A stretch of DNA of 51,275 bases from a virus. Its lineage: Duplodnaviria; Caudoviricetes. The position numbers were made by a program, and so were the translations under genes. Within the stretch, counting starts at the first letter, position 1. Each line of letters starts with the position of its first letter. Positions 1 through 8,547 of this stretch are shown here, in pieces. The DNA lies in the IMG/VR virus record IMGVR_UViG_3300048574_000532, positions 1 to 51,275 of that record; one strand, written 5' to 3'. A model generated the notes under the pieces. That model made no database searches. It was not told where the DNA came from and saw only the letters and a program-made list of their open reading frames with translations.

Positions 1-417
1 TCACTTGGCATTCCTTCTTTGAGGTTGAGCCGCTAAGCTCGCCCTGACAAAGTCCGCCGTCTCCTGAACGGATTGGACATAGGAATCAAGCGTGCATAGC
101 CACGAGCGAAGGCAGCCCCACCCGTCGTCGGTCAATCGGTACACGCGCTTGGCCGGCCCACTTCCTTCGATAAGCCAATCGGACTTCAGGTGTCCTTCTT
201 CTTCCATTGACTTCAAGACCCTGTACAGTCCTGCGGTATCCGGGGGATTGTCCTCGAAGACGGCCAGAGACCGAAGGTCTTGAGCTATGACATAGCCGTG
301 CTGACCTTCGGGCGCTCGCGCCAGTATGGCCATCACCACGGGGCGCAACAAACGGTCAAGCGTATTGCCGTTGCACGCACATTCGCCGGGGCTCATGCTT
401 ATTGGACTCCTTCCCAT
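1..417 (-). CDS. PadR-family winged-helix transcriptional regulator (host gene flanking the prophage)
   Basis: HGYVIAQDL...GLYRVLKSMEEEGHL.SDW...GPAKRVYRLTDDG is the PadR signature; GGAGG RBS upstream. Confidence 0.9.
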   Translation of the reverse strand: MGRSPISMSPGECACNGNTLDRLLRPVVMAILARAPEGQHGYVIAQDLRSLAVFEDNPPDTAGLYRVLKSMEEEGHLKSDWLIEGSGPAKRVYRLTDDGWGCLRSWLCTLDSYVQSVQETADFVRASLAAQPQRRNAK

Positions 418-501
418 ATTAGATCACCTCCACTATACGTTGCCGTGCCACTTCCTGCAACTTGTATCGTCCGTGGAGCCGTTGCACACGGAGAAGCCCG
501 C

Positions 502-613
502 TCCATCGACTTTTGCTGACGCTTGCCGTCGTCACCGCGATAGATGCAGTACCAGACTTTGTTCTCGCGCTGGATGAGGTTTTGGGGCTTCCTGGAGGAT
601 TTTTCTTGGTCAT
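502..613 (-). pseudogene. Truncated, frameshifted 5' fragment of a tyrosine integrase closely related to 50031-51275
   Basis: Translates SSRKPQNLIQRENKVWYCIYRGDDGKRQQKSME versus ASKKPQNLVQRENKIWYCVYRGDDGKRQQKSME in the intact integrase. The ATG at 613 is out of frame by one missing A in the A-run at 600-604, and similarity stops after KSME. Confidence 0.9.
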
Positions 614-750
614 TGCCGGACCCTTTGACGCTGTTTTCACTGCCTGACTTTGCGGTGACGAGTCGCAAAGTGTTAACAGGTGGGAAATCATCACGAATCC
701 GGCAAAAAGTCCAACAGCCTTTAAGCTATTGGTAGAGGCAAGGTTGGAAA

Positions 751-795
751 TGGTCGGGGTGAGTGGATTTGAACCACCGGCCTCTTCGTCCCGAA
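751..795 (-). repeat. att site: duplicated 3' half of tRNA-Pro(CGG), from the anticodon loop to CCA
   Basis: Minus strand reads TTCGGGACGAAGAGGCCGGTGGTTCAAATCCACTCACCCCGACCA: anticodon loop TT-CGG-GA, T-loop GGTTCAAATCC, acceptor end and CCA. The 5' half (D-arm) is absent. Confidence 0.9.
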
Positions 796-866
796 ACCCT
801 CCAGGGCATCCAACGCATTGCTACTAAATGACTTACAAGTTGCATTTTGTAGCAAATTGTTGCAAG

Positions 867-889
867 TGTTAACAGAAGTGTTAACACCT
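867..889. repeat. Tandem TGTTAACA palindromes; exact 23-bp inverted copy at 19260-19282; single TGTTAACA copies at 671-678 and 990-997
   Basis: TGTTAACAGAAGTGTTAACACCT (867-889) is the exact reverse complement of AGGTGTTAACACTTCTGTTAACA (19260-19282). Confidence 0.85.
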
Positions 890-1306
890 CGGTGCCCTAT
901 TCAACTATGTTTTGCCGGAGACGCAACCCAATGTTACAAAGCGCAACCAAAACGCTGCACTCCTAACGGGGAGATCCCCACCTGCACAGTGTTAACAACC
1001 GCGCGAATCGCTCCCGCGCTTGCCAACCATGACAAGGTGATTTATCGTAATGCTCCACCTGGCTTGAATTCAATTTCTGAGCAAGATGCTCCAAACACTC
1101 TGCCGCCATCGTCCCCACAAGCCGTGTGTCATTTCCTCTCTCGGACTCAATGGGACCTAACCCCAGGCTCAATTGGGCGTCTTCCGCGGTGTAACGCCGA
1201 CGCACCACAATCCTTCCGATTTGCCTGTGAATTGGGCCTTTCCTACATCCTATTTTCTGTATGAGTTACGGGTGCAAGGATGGGCGCTTGGGGCAAAAAA
1301 TCCGAT

Positions 1307-1335
1307 TTGACAGAATCGCGACTTTCGGGTAACTT
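1307..1335 (+). promoter_or_regulatory. Putative sigma70 promoter of the early/replication operon, overlapped by ACTTTCGG direct repeats
   Basis: TTGACA(1307-1312)-17 bp-TAACTT(1330-1335); ACTTTCGG at 1321-1328 and 1332-1339. Confidence 0.55.
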
Positions 1336-1448
1336 TCGGTTGCGTTTGTAGGCATTCGTGGGGATGAAACGAAGCTCATGAACGGGGTGATTTGGCCCGT
1401 AACGGCACTTTAACGAAGCGTCGGTGCGGCACGAATTGAGGTACGGCT

Positions 1449-1661
1449 ATGGTTTCCGATCGCCTGACATCATGGCGACGAAGCCGGGGTCTCTCGCTGC
1501 GTCAAGCGGCGTCTCTCCTCGGGGTCTCGCACTCGACCTTGCTTGCGCTGGAGCGCGGCAAGCGTCCGCTCACGACCGCCACCGCACGCAAGATTGCGCC
1601 TGCGCTGGGGCTTCGCGATTGGCGCTTGCTGTTGGAGGCGCGACCCAATGAAAGGGCGTAA
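1449..1661 (+). CDS. XRE/Cro-like helix-turn-helix regulator
   Basis: RLTSWRRSRGLSLRQAASLLGVSHSTLLALERGKRP is an HTH_XRE pattern; GAGG RBS upstream. Confidence 0.85.
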   Translation: MVSDRLTSWRRSRGLSLRQAASLLGVSHSTLLALERGKRPLTTATARKIAPALGLRDWRLLLEARPNERA

Positions 1662-1878
1662 GAAAAGGCAGCCGAAGCTGCGCACGCTTCGCGACCAGGG
1701 ATGGGTAAGCGTCGCGGAAGCGGCGAAGTACTACGGCGTGCATCGCATCACGATATATCGCTGGCTTATGGAGGGCGTGCTCGACTGGCGCCCGACTCCG
1801 GGGAACCATCGCAAGCGGGTCAAGGTGGGCGACGACGATCAGGACCTGTTCGCCCGCACCCGCAGGCGTCTCGCCTGA
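1648..1878 (+). CDS. Excisionase-like (HTH_17/MerR-type) DNA-binding protein
   Basis: WVSVAEAAKYYGVHRITIYRWLMEGVL; start moved to the ATG at 1648 after GGAGG. Confidence 0.75.
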   Translation: MKGRKKRQPKLRTLRDQGWVSVAEAAKYYGVHRITIYRWLMEGVLDWRPTPGNHRKRVKVGDDDQDLFARTRRRLA

Positions 1879-1968
1879 GAAGGCATTTCTAAATCGCAAA
1901 GGGCATGGTGCGCCTGCACCACAGGGGAGATCCGTGTCTTCGGACACCACGAGGGGAGACTTGTATCC

Positions 1969-2316
1969 GTGAATACGAACGAAAATGTCTTGCACCCGGG
2001 CCACTACACGGGCGTGCGGGTACGGGTAACGGACGTAAGCGTTACCCGCGAGCAAACGACCGGCGAGATTGAGTGCATCGACCTCATTCGCTCGTTGTTG
2101 ACGCCCGAGCAGTTCGCGGGTTATTGCCGCGGCAACGCGCTCAAGTACACGTTTCGCGCGGGGCGCAAGCAAGGCACTCCTGCGGCAGAGGACCTGCGCA
2201 AGGCCCGCCAGTATTGCGAGTGGGCCGCCGAGACAGAGGAACGGTCGCACACGCGTAAAGTCGGGCGGGAAGAACGCATCTACGGAATCCCCTCGCTCGT
2301 GGACGATGCCCGATGA
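1969..2316 (+). CDS. DUF3310-like phage protein
   Basis: V.HPGHYT...IECIDLI...GYCRGNALKYTFRAGRK...EDLRKARQY. Confidence 0.8.
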   Translation: MNTNENVLHPGHYTGVRVRVTDVSVTREQTTGEIECIDLIRSLLTPEQFAGYCRGNALKYTFRAGRKQGTPAAEDLRKARQYCEWAAETEERSHTRKVGREERIYGIPSLVDDAR

Positions 2317-3356
2317 GCGGTGCGCTTCTTCCCAAGCCCGACAGGCTCTTGACGAACTCGCGGATGAAGCTCGCACAGCGCTGCTTGCGTGCCCACCGGT
2401 ACCGCTACGGGCTCGGGCTGCGCGCGTTGAGCGAGTCGCCGGCGCTGACCTTCGGCAAGGCGGTACACAACGCATTGGCGACCTTCCGGCTCACGCACGA
2501 CACGCACGCCGCTCTTGAGAGCGTAAACGCCTTTGCATGGGAAGATCCGTACGAGCAGGCAAAGTGTCGCGCCCTCGTTACCGCGTACTTCTGGTACTGG
2601 GCAGAGGCGGACATCTGCACGACCTGGGTCGAGGTCGAGCAAGTCTTTCAAATGCCGCTGGCGAACCCCGAGACGGGCGAGAATCTGGGCGATTGGAGTC
2701 TTGGCGGGCGGATGGATGCCTACGACTCCGAGGGCTGGATTTGGGAAACCAAGACCACCATCGAGAGCATCGACGCGAATACCCGGTACTGGGACCGCCT
2801 GCGCCTTGACTCACAAATCAACTTGTACGTGCTCGCGCAACGGGCGAAGGGGCTTCGCGTCGAGGGCGTGTTCTACGACGTGCTGAAGAAGCCCGAACAC
2901 AAGCCCAGCGGCATTCCGGAGCTCGACTCGAACGGCCTCAAGATTGTCCTCGACGGCGCGGGCAATCGTGTCTACAAGGCGAACGGCGAACCCCGCCAAA
3001 GCGCGGGCGAAGGCATGACCCTGCTGAATCGCCTGGAAACGCCCGAAGAGTACGGCGCCCGCGTGTATGCGAAGCTCATGGCGAGTCCCACCACCTATTT
3101 CCAACGCCAGAAGATCGTGCGCCTCGAAGACGATCTGGAGGCCTATCGTCGCGAGTGCTGGCTCGCGGCGAAGCTCATCACCTGGTGCGAAGAGAACGAC
3201 TGCTGGATTCGCAGCGTGGACAAGTTCACCTGCAACCACTGCGACTACGACCGCATCGATTTCCAATCCATCACCGTTGACCCCACGGGTCCGCCCCCGA
3301 GCGGATACGTGTACGTGGATAACCCGCACGTCGAACTACAGGAGGAAAGCGAATGA
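2313..3356 (+). CDS. PD-(D/E)XK exonuclease (Cas4/RecB-like phage recombination nuclease)
   Basis: TNSRMKLAQRCLR...FGKAVHNAL...GRMDAY...ETKT...QINLY...CNHCDY. Confidence 0.8.
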   Translation: MSGALLPKPDRLLTNSRMKLAQRCLRAHRYRYGLGLRALSESPALTFGKAVHNALATFRLTHDTHAALESVNAFAWEDPYEQAKCRALVTAYFWYWAEADICTTWVEVEQVFQMPLANPETGENLGDWSLGGRMDAYDSEGWIWETKTTIESIDANTRYWDRLRLDSQINLYVLAQRAKGLRVEGVFYDVLKKPEHKPSGIPELDSNGLKIVLDGAGNRVYKANGEPRQSAGEGMTLLNRLETPEEYGARVYAKLMASPTTYFQRQKIVRLEDDLEAYRRECWLAAKLITWCEENDCWIRSVDKFTCNHCDYDRIDFQSITVDPTGPPPSGYVYVDNPHVELQEESE

Positions 3357-4177
3357 CCGAACTAAAGACATTACCCGCTGCGCCCAGGCCCGCGCCGCCA
3401 AACGACGAAGCCCTTCCCCTCTCGGGCGGCTTCAAGATTGGCAAGGCCAAGCGCAAACCCGAGCGCGTTGTGCTCTACGGCACGAGCGGCATCGGAAAGA
3501 CCTGCCTTGCTGCCTTGGCTTCGAGGCCGGTGTTCATCGACCTGGAGGATTCCACCGGAACCCTCGGGCTCGATGTGCCGACCATCAAGCCGGCCGAGGG
3601 TTGGACCTGGAAGACCATGCTCGACGCCCTCGACACCAAATCCGCCTGGGATGCCTTCGATACCGTCGTCATCGACACGTTGAGCAAGGCCGAGGACCTG
3701 TGCGCCGCCCACGTGTGCGCCACCATTCGCGGGAAGGGCGGAATCAAGGTGGACCGCATCGAGGACTACGGCTACGGCTCGGGCTACTCGTACATGTACG
3801 ACATGTTCCTCGGACTTCTCGCGAAGCTCGAAGAGCACCGCGACCAGGGGCGCCACATCATCCTCGTATGCCACGACTGCACGCAGGAAGTGCCCAACCC
3901 GCAGGGCGTCGATTACATCCGCTACGAGCCCCGGCTGCAATCGCCCAAGGCGGGCAAGAACTCCGTGCGCTTTCGCGTGCGGGAGTGGTGCGACGATCTC
4001 CTGTTCGTGGGCTACGACCTCAACGTGTCCAAGGAAGGCAAGGCCCAAGGCTGCGGCTCGCGCACGGTATACCCGCAGGAGCAGCCGCACTGCATGGCCA
4101 AATCTCGCACCCTGAAACAACCCCTCGTGTACCAGCCCGGCGACGATTCCCTGTGGAAGTCGCTGGGAATGAAGTAG
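3353..4177 (+). CDS. Sak4-like AAA ATPase (ssDNA-annealing protein)
   Basis: Walker A LYGTSGIGKT, IDLEDS, Walker B TVVIDTL, IEDYGYGSGY, REWCDDLLF. Confidence 0.85.
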   Translation: MTELKTLPAAPRPAPPNDEALPLSGGFKIGKAKRKPERVVLYGTSGIGKTCLAALASRPVFIDLEDSTGTLGLDVPTIKPAEGWTWKTMLDALDTKSAWDAFDTVVIDTLSKAEDLCAAHVCATIRGKGGIKVDRIEDYGYGSGYSYMYDMFLGLLAKLEEHRDQGRHIILVCHDCTQEVPNPQGVDYIRYEPRLQSPKAGKNSVRFRVREWCDDLLFVGYDLNVSKEGKAQGCGSRTVYPQEQPHCMAKSRTLKQPLVYQPGDDSLWKSLGMK

Positions 4178-4210
4178 TCACCCGCAACCGCAACGAAAGG
4201 AGTATCACCC

Positions 4211-4915
4211 ATGGCATTGTGCCAACGAGAAGGACGATTCAAAGCCCTCGTCACCGACGTGATCGTAAAGGAGTGCGGCCCGAACAACCTCTGTGCGGCC
4301 GAATTCTTCTTCGACATCGCCGAAGAGCGCTTCGAGAGCCCGGAAGGGCAAGCTCCCATCTGGAAGGACGCGAGCGCCGAGAAGCTCTCCATCACCCACA
4401 CCTTCTGGCTGGAGAAGAAGGACGGGTGCTTGAACGACATCAACATTGCCATGCTGCGCAAGGCCACTCCCTGGGACGGCCTTGAACCCGGCTCCCTCGA
4501 ACACCTCGCGGGCAACACCGTCGTGCAAATCGACGTGGTTCAGGATGACAAATACAAGGCGGGCCGCTGGATCGTGCGGTGGGTCTACCACGAGAACGAC
4601 ACGGGCAGGGCGCCGCACAAACGGGCCAGCGTCGAAGAGAAGCAAGCGCTGACAAATCGCCTCGGCTCGAAGTTCCGGGCGCTGGCGATGGCGCAAGGGC
4701 TGCCCGTGACGCCGCCCGCACCCGTGCCCAAGGGCGACCCGCTCCGGTTCAACGCGCTTCGCTCCCGGTACTTGGCGGCGGACGCCGACACGGACCCGGA
4801 GGAGCGCGAATTGGAGTGGCGCCGCCTGGTGAAGCGCGTGGGGGGCCGCTATACGGCCGAGCTCACCGAGGAGGAGTTGAACGAACTGGAAGCGGAGATG
4901 CAGATCCCGTTTTAG
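4211..4915 (+). CDS. Putative ssDNA-binding protein (DUF669-like, acidic C-terminus ending IPF)
   Basis: Follows Sak4 as phage SSBs commonly do; acidic tail ...EAEMQIPF; AAGGAG RBS. Confidence 0.5.
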   Translation: MALCQREGRFKALVTDVIVKECGPNNLCAAEFFFDIAEERFESPEGQAPIWKDASAEKLSITHTFWLEKKDGCLNDINIAMLRKATPWDGLEPGSLEHLAGNTVVQIDVVQDDKYKAGRWIVRWVYHENDTGRAPHKRASVEEKQALTNRLGSKFRALAMAQGLPVTPPAPVPKGDPLRFNALRSRYLAADADTDPEERELEWRRLVKRVGGRYTAELTEEELNELEAEMQIPF

Positions 4916-4933
4916 GCATCCAAGGGGGGACCG

Positions 4934-6640
4934 ATGCAGCTTGACTTGCTCATCGGCGACGTGCCCCCGCCGTTGCGCCTGTACCAAGAAAATGCGGTGC
5001 AAAGAGTAGTCAGCTCCCTGCACCGCGGGAAGAAACCCATCCTCGTATCTCCCACAGGGTCCGGCAAGACGCGTATGGGAACCGAGGTGGTCGAGCGTAT
5101 CGGTGGGCACGCGCTGTGGTTAGCGCATAGAGAAGAACTCATTACCCAAGCCGTACACGCTATAGCCGAAGCGTGCCACGAATGGCCGGGTGTGATCAAG
5201 GCGGGGGTGCGTCCGGATTATTCCAGGCGCATTAAGGTGGCGTCGAGGGACACGTTGTTGCGCCGTACGTTTCCACAGGCGGACCTCGTGCTCATTGACG
5301 AGTGCCACCACGGCCCGGCGCGCTCGTACCGGCGCATCATCGAGCACTACACGGAGCGCGGGGCGATGATTGCCGGTTACACGGCGACACCGTTTCGCGC
5401 TGACGGCCGGGGGCTTGGGCAGGCGGGGTTCGACGAAATCGTCGTGGCCGCGTATGCCGATGAGCTCGTGGAGCAAGGTGTCCTCGTGGCACCCAAGGTC
5501 TACGCGGGGCGTCCGCCGGACCTGCGCGGGGTCAGCAAGGCGTGGGGAGACTACAACCTTGCGGCCCTCGGGGAACGGGTTCGGACGGGCGCCCTCGTGG
5601 GCGACATCGTAAAGACGTGGCTTGCCAAGGCGGCGGGGCGTAAGACGATTGTCTTCGCCGTGGACGTGGAACACAGCAAGCTCATCGTGGAGGCGTTCCG
5701 GGCCGCGGGAGTCGTGGCCGAGCACCTCGACGGCAACATGCCGGGCGAGGAGCGCCGCGCGGTCCTGGAGCGATGGGAGCTCGGGCTTACCACGGTCGTA
5801 TCGAATTGCATGGTACTGGCCGAGGGCTTTGACCTGCCCGAGCTCGAAGTGGCCATCCTCGCGGCGCCGACCGCCTCGCTGTGCAAGCACATCCAAACGG
5901 TGGGCCGAATACTGCGGGCCGCGCGGGGGAAAACCGGCTGCCTCGTGCTCGACCATGCCGGCAACCATCACGTTCACGGGCTGGTGACGCGGCGCATCGA
6001 GTACAGCCTCGACGGGCAGGTGGCGGGCGACCGCGATCCGCTCAACATGAAGCGCTGCGCGCAGTGCTTCCTGCTGTACGAAAAGCACAAGACCGCGTGT
6101 CCCGAGTGCGGATGGATGCCGACCCAGAAGCCGCGCGCGCTCGTGGGGGGCCTCAGCACCGAGGCGGTGGAGCTTTCCGAGTACGTCGAAGACTTCGCGT
6201 ACCGGGCGGAAGCGTACCGTCTTTTCGCGGCGCAGGCCGAATCGATGGGCTATCGGCCGGAATGGGCCGCGGTGCGCTTCGAAGAGCGGTTCGGCGAGTG
6301 GCCCGTGGTGGCGCTCGGGGAGCTGCTTGAGCCCGCCCAGGCCTCCGCGGCACAGAAGCGCGATGTATTCCGCCAACTCCTCGTGAAAGCCCGTCGCAAA
6401 GGCTTTCAAGACGGCTGGGCCTCGCACAAGTACCGCGCAATCTTCGACGTGTGGCCCTCGGGCTTTGTGACCGAGGTGCGCGACGAGGTGGGCGCGGACG
6501 AAACCGACGAGATCCGCCGACTCAACAGACGATTCCGACAAAAGATGGCTCGCTCGTGTACCCCGGTGCCTGCGGTGCCGGTTCCGAGCGGTGCTTCAAC
6601 CGAAACAGACGACTACGAAGAGCCGGAAGAGCTCTTCTGA
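4934..6640 (+). CDS. SF2 DExH helicase with zinc ribbon
   Basis: SPTGSGKT, IDECHH, TATP, EGFDLP, QTVGRILR, LDHAGN, CAQC...CPECG. Confidence 0.92.
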   Translation: MQLDLLIGDVPPPLRLYQENAVQRVVSSLHRGKKPILVSPTGSGKTRMGTEVVERIGGHALWLAHREELITQAVHAIAEACHEWPGVIKAGVRPDYSRRIKVASRDTLLRRTFPQADLVLIDECHHGPARSYRRIIEHYTERGAMIAGYTATPFRADGRGLGQAGFDEIVVAAYADELVEQGVLVAPKVYAGRPPDLRGVSKAWGDYNLAALGERVRTGALVGDIVKTWLAKAAGRKTIVFAVDVEHSKLIVEAFRAAGVVAEHLDGNMPGEERRAVLERWELGLTTVVSNCMVLAEGFDLPELEVAILAAPTASLCKHIQTVGRILRAARGKTGCLVLDHAGNHHVHGLVTRRIEYSLDGQVAGDRDPLNMKRCAQCFLLYEKHKTACPECGWMPTQKPRALVGGLSTEAVELSEYVEDFAYRAEAYRLFAAQAESMGYRPEWAAVRFEERFGEWPVVALGELLEPAQASAAQKRDVFRQLLVKARRKGFQDGWASHKYRAIFDVWPSGFVTEVRDEVGADETDEIRRLNRRFRQKMARSCTPVPAVPVPSGASTETDDYEEPEELF

Positions 6641-6653
6641 AAGGGATTACGTA

Positions 6654-7265
6654 ATGACACAGGCTTCTGATTTCACGAACAAGCGTGCAAACGACTCGAT
6701 TTACCTGGGCCGGGGGTGGCTGCTCGACCTGAGCATGGAAAGCCTTGAGCGCGACAGCTTCAAGCTCTTGGCCGAAGAACTGGCCGTCAAAGGCATGCCA
6801 GCCGGCGCCGAACGCACGCGCCGGATGCAAGAACTCGTCATTAAGCGCGTCCAATACCTCGGGCGCGTCCTGTTGGCTTGTACCAGCGGCCTCTCTCGAC
6901 ACCGCCAAGGCTCCTTCTGGGATGAATCGGCGCGCTTCCTGAAAGACGTGGCCGAAGAAACCTGGCGCAACGGCGAAATCGTGTCGGAGCTGGCGCGCTC
7001 CATGGACTCGGACGGTACCAAGACCCCAACGCCCGACGCGACCACATCGACCGCCACAGCGCCTTCCAGTGGCCAACCGTCCGAGGTCGAGGAGTTCCTC
7101 GATGCGCTCGGTTTGCCCGAGGATTCCTCTCTTCGAGGGCTTCTGAAGGCGGTCTTTGAACCCGCAAGCGAATCACCCCAGGCCGAACAGGACCAAGGCG
7201 CTGAGATGTGCCTGGAGTGCCCGCTCTCCGACGCGTGCAACAACCGCAAGGCATATCGGGGGTAA
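6654..7265 (+). CDS. Hypothetical phage protein
   Basis: Operonic ORF after the helicase; C-terminal CLECPLSDAC. Confidence 0.6.
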   Translation: MTQASDFTNKRANDSIYLGRGWLLDLSMESLERDSFKLLAEELAVKGMPAGAERTRRMQELVIKRVQYLGRVLLACTSGLSRHRQGSFWDESARFLKDVAEETWRNGEIVSELARSMDSDGTKTPTPDATTSTATAPSSGQPSEVEEFLDALGLPEDSSLRGLLKAVFEPASESPQAEQDQGAEMCLECPLSDACNNRKAYRG

Positions 7266-7274
7266 GGACACGTC

Positions 7275-7580
7275 ATGGGGGCGCTGACCTGTGGGCAATG
7301 TAGGTACCGCATCGCGGGGCGGTGCGAGAACGCGAGGGGACGGTGGGGGCGCGTAGCCCCCGCCGACCTCGGCTGCGCGGCGGGGAGGCAACGACGGGGC
7401 ACGGGGGCGCATTGGCGTTGCGAGCACTGTGGGCATGTGTTCGCGGTGCTGCGCCACGAAGTGCCCCGTTGCCCCGCCTGCGACTGCAACGACACGACGG
7501 AAACGGCGCTGCCCTTGGATTCCGTGAGCGATACGGACTATCGGGGGTGGCGCGACAGGGGGGAAGGAAATGCATTTTGA
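7275..7580 (+). CDS. Small zinc-finger protein
   Basis: CGQC, CEHCGH, CPACDC motifs; TAAGGA RBS. Confidence 0.6.
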   Translation: MGALTCGQCRYRIAGRCENARGRWGRVAPADLGCAAGRQRRGTGAHWRCEHCGHVFAVLRHEVPRCPACDCNDTTETALPLDSVSDTDYRGWRDRGEGNAF

Positions 7581-7601
7581 TTATGCGACGGAGGGCGGCC
7601 G

Positions 7602-8102
7602 ATGAGCCCGCCAACCCGATATCCCGCGCGGTGTCAGAAATGCCGCATGGAGTTCATTGAGGGGGATCGCGTTGTGCGCAGGGGGAAAGGTTTCGTGCAT
7701 TCGCGTTGCGTGGGGACCCACGGCGGAGACAGCGCCTTGGACGCGGCGATGCGGGAGCCCTGTGAAATTGTATGCGTGGCCAACGAGGCCTTTCCGTGGG
7801 AAGTGCGCTGCGAACGCGACAACCCGCGCTTTCCGAATCTGCTGCTCGAAGCCTTCTACAACCTCGAAGGGGCCAACGCCTTTGCCCTCCAGAACGGGGT
7901 GAAGATCCTTCGGGTGCGGGGTGAAGACGAGATCTCCGAGGAGAAGTGCCCCAAATGCAAATTCGATTGGTGCAAGTTGCCGGCGTTCGAGGAAAGGTTG
8001 TGCTCAAAGCATTACCTGCAACGCGTCCGTGCGCGAGGACAGGGCTTGGTGAAGCGAGGGCGGCCCAAGAAGGAAAAAGAGGAGCTTGTAACGAATGGCT
8101 AA
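7602..8102 (+). CDS. Hypothetical Cys/His-rich phage protein
   Basis: RYPARCQKC...VHSRC, CPKC...CSKH; GGAGG RBS. Confidence 0.6.
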   Translation: MSPPTRYPARCQKCRMEFIEGDRVVRRGKGFVHSRCVGTHGGDSALDAAMREPCEIVCVANEAFPWEVRCERDNPRFPNLLLEAFYNLEGANAFALQNGVKILRVRGEDEISEEKCPKCKFDWCKLPAFEERLCSKHYLQRVRARGQGLVKRGRPKKEKEELVTNG

Positions 8103-8547
8103 AGAGATTGCGCTTCGCGAGAAGCCGATTCAAAACGCCATCTTGAAGGAATTCGGCAGTAACCCGGCGCTGCGCTTGTGGCGCCAAAACACCGGCGTGG
8201 GTTTCTACCTGGACCCGCGCAGGGGCACGCGGCGCGCTGTGCGCTTTGGAGTCAAAGGCGCCGCGGACCTGACCGGCCTCGTGGTGGGCACGGGGCAACG
8301 CCTCGAAATCGAGGTGAAGGCCGAGGGGGAAGGGCAATCCCCCGAGCAGGCCATCTATGGGCAAATGATTAGGCGATGCGGCGGGCTCTACATCGTGGCC
8401 CGCAACGTGGAGGATGTGTACCGTGCGCTTTCCGCTTGTGGAATATGCTTACGACCTGGGGATGAAGTTCATTCGGCTGGAGGGGAAGAAGCCGGTCGAT
8501 GCGAACTGGACGCAGACCAACTGGCTCTCCCCGGATGCGATTGCTGA
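8095..8547 (+). CDS. VRR-NUC family nuclease
   Basis: EKPIQNAIL...LWRQNTG...FGVKGAADL...LEIEVKAEGEGQSPEQ...GGLYIVAR. Confidence 0.85.
   Translation: MAKEIALREKPIQNAILKEFGSNPALRLWRQNTGVGFYLDPRRGTRRAVRFGVKGAADLTGLVVGTGQRLEIEVKAEGEGQSPEQAIYGQMIRRCGGLYIVARNVEDVYRALSACGICLRPGDEVHSAGGEEAGRCELDADQLALPGCDC

Noticed and set aside
399-668. 89-aa ORF as a functional gene
   Set aside because: It is the frameshifted integrase relic read from an upstream non-ATG start and running into unrelated sequence.
751-830. Complete tRNA-Pro gene
   Set aside because: Similarity stops at the anticodon loop (795); no D-arm or 5' acceptor strand, so it is an att duplication.
869-884. CtrA box
   Set aside because: Spacing is TTAA-N8-TTAA rather than N7, and nothing indicates an alphaproteobacterial host.
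2313-3356. CRISPR-associated Cas4 or a CRISPR array
   Set aside because: No repeat-spacer array or other cas genes seen; the context next to Sak4 indicates a phage recombination exonuclease.
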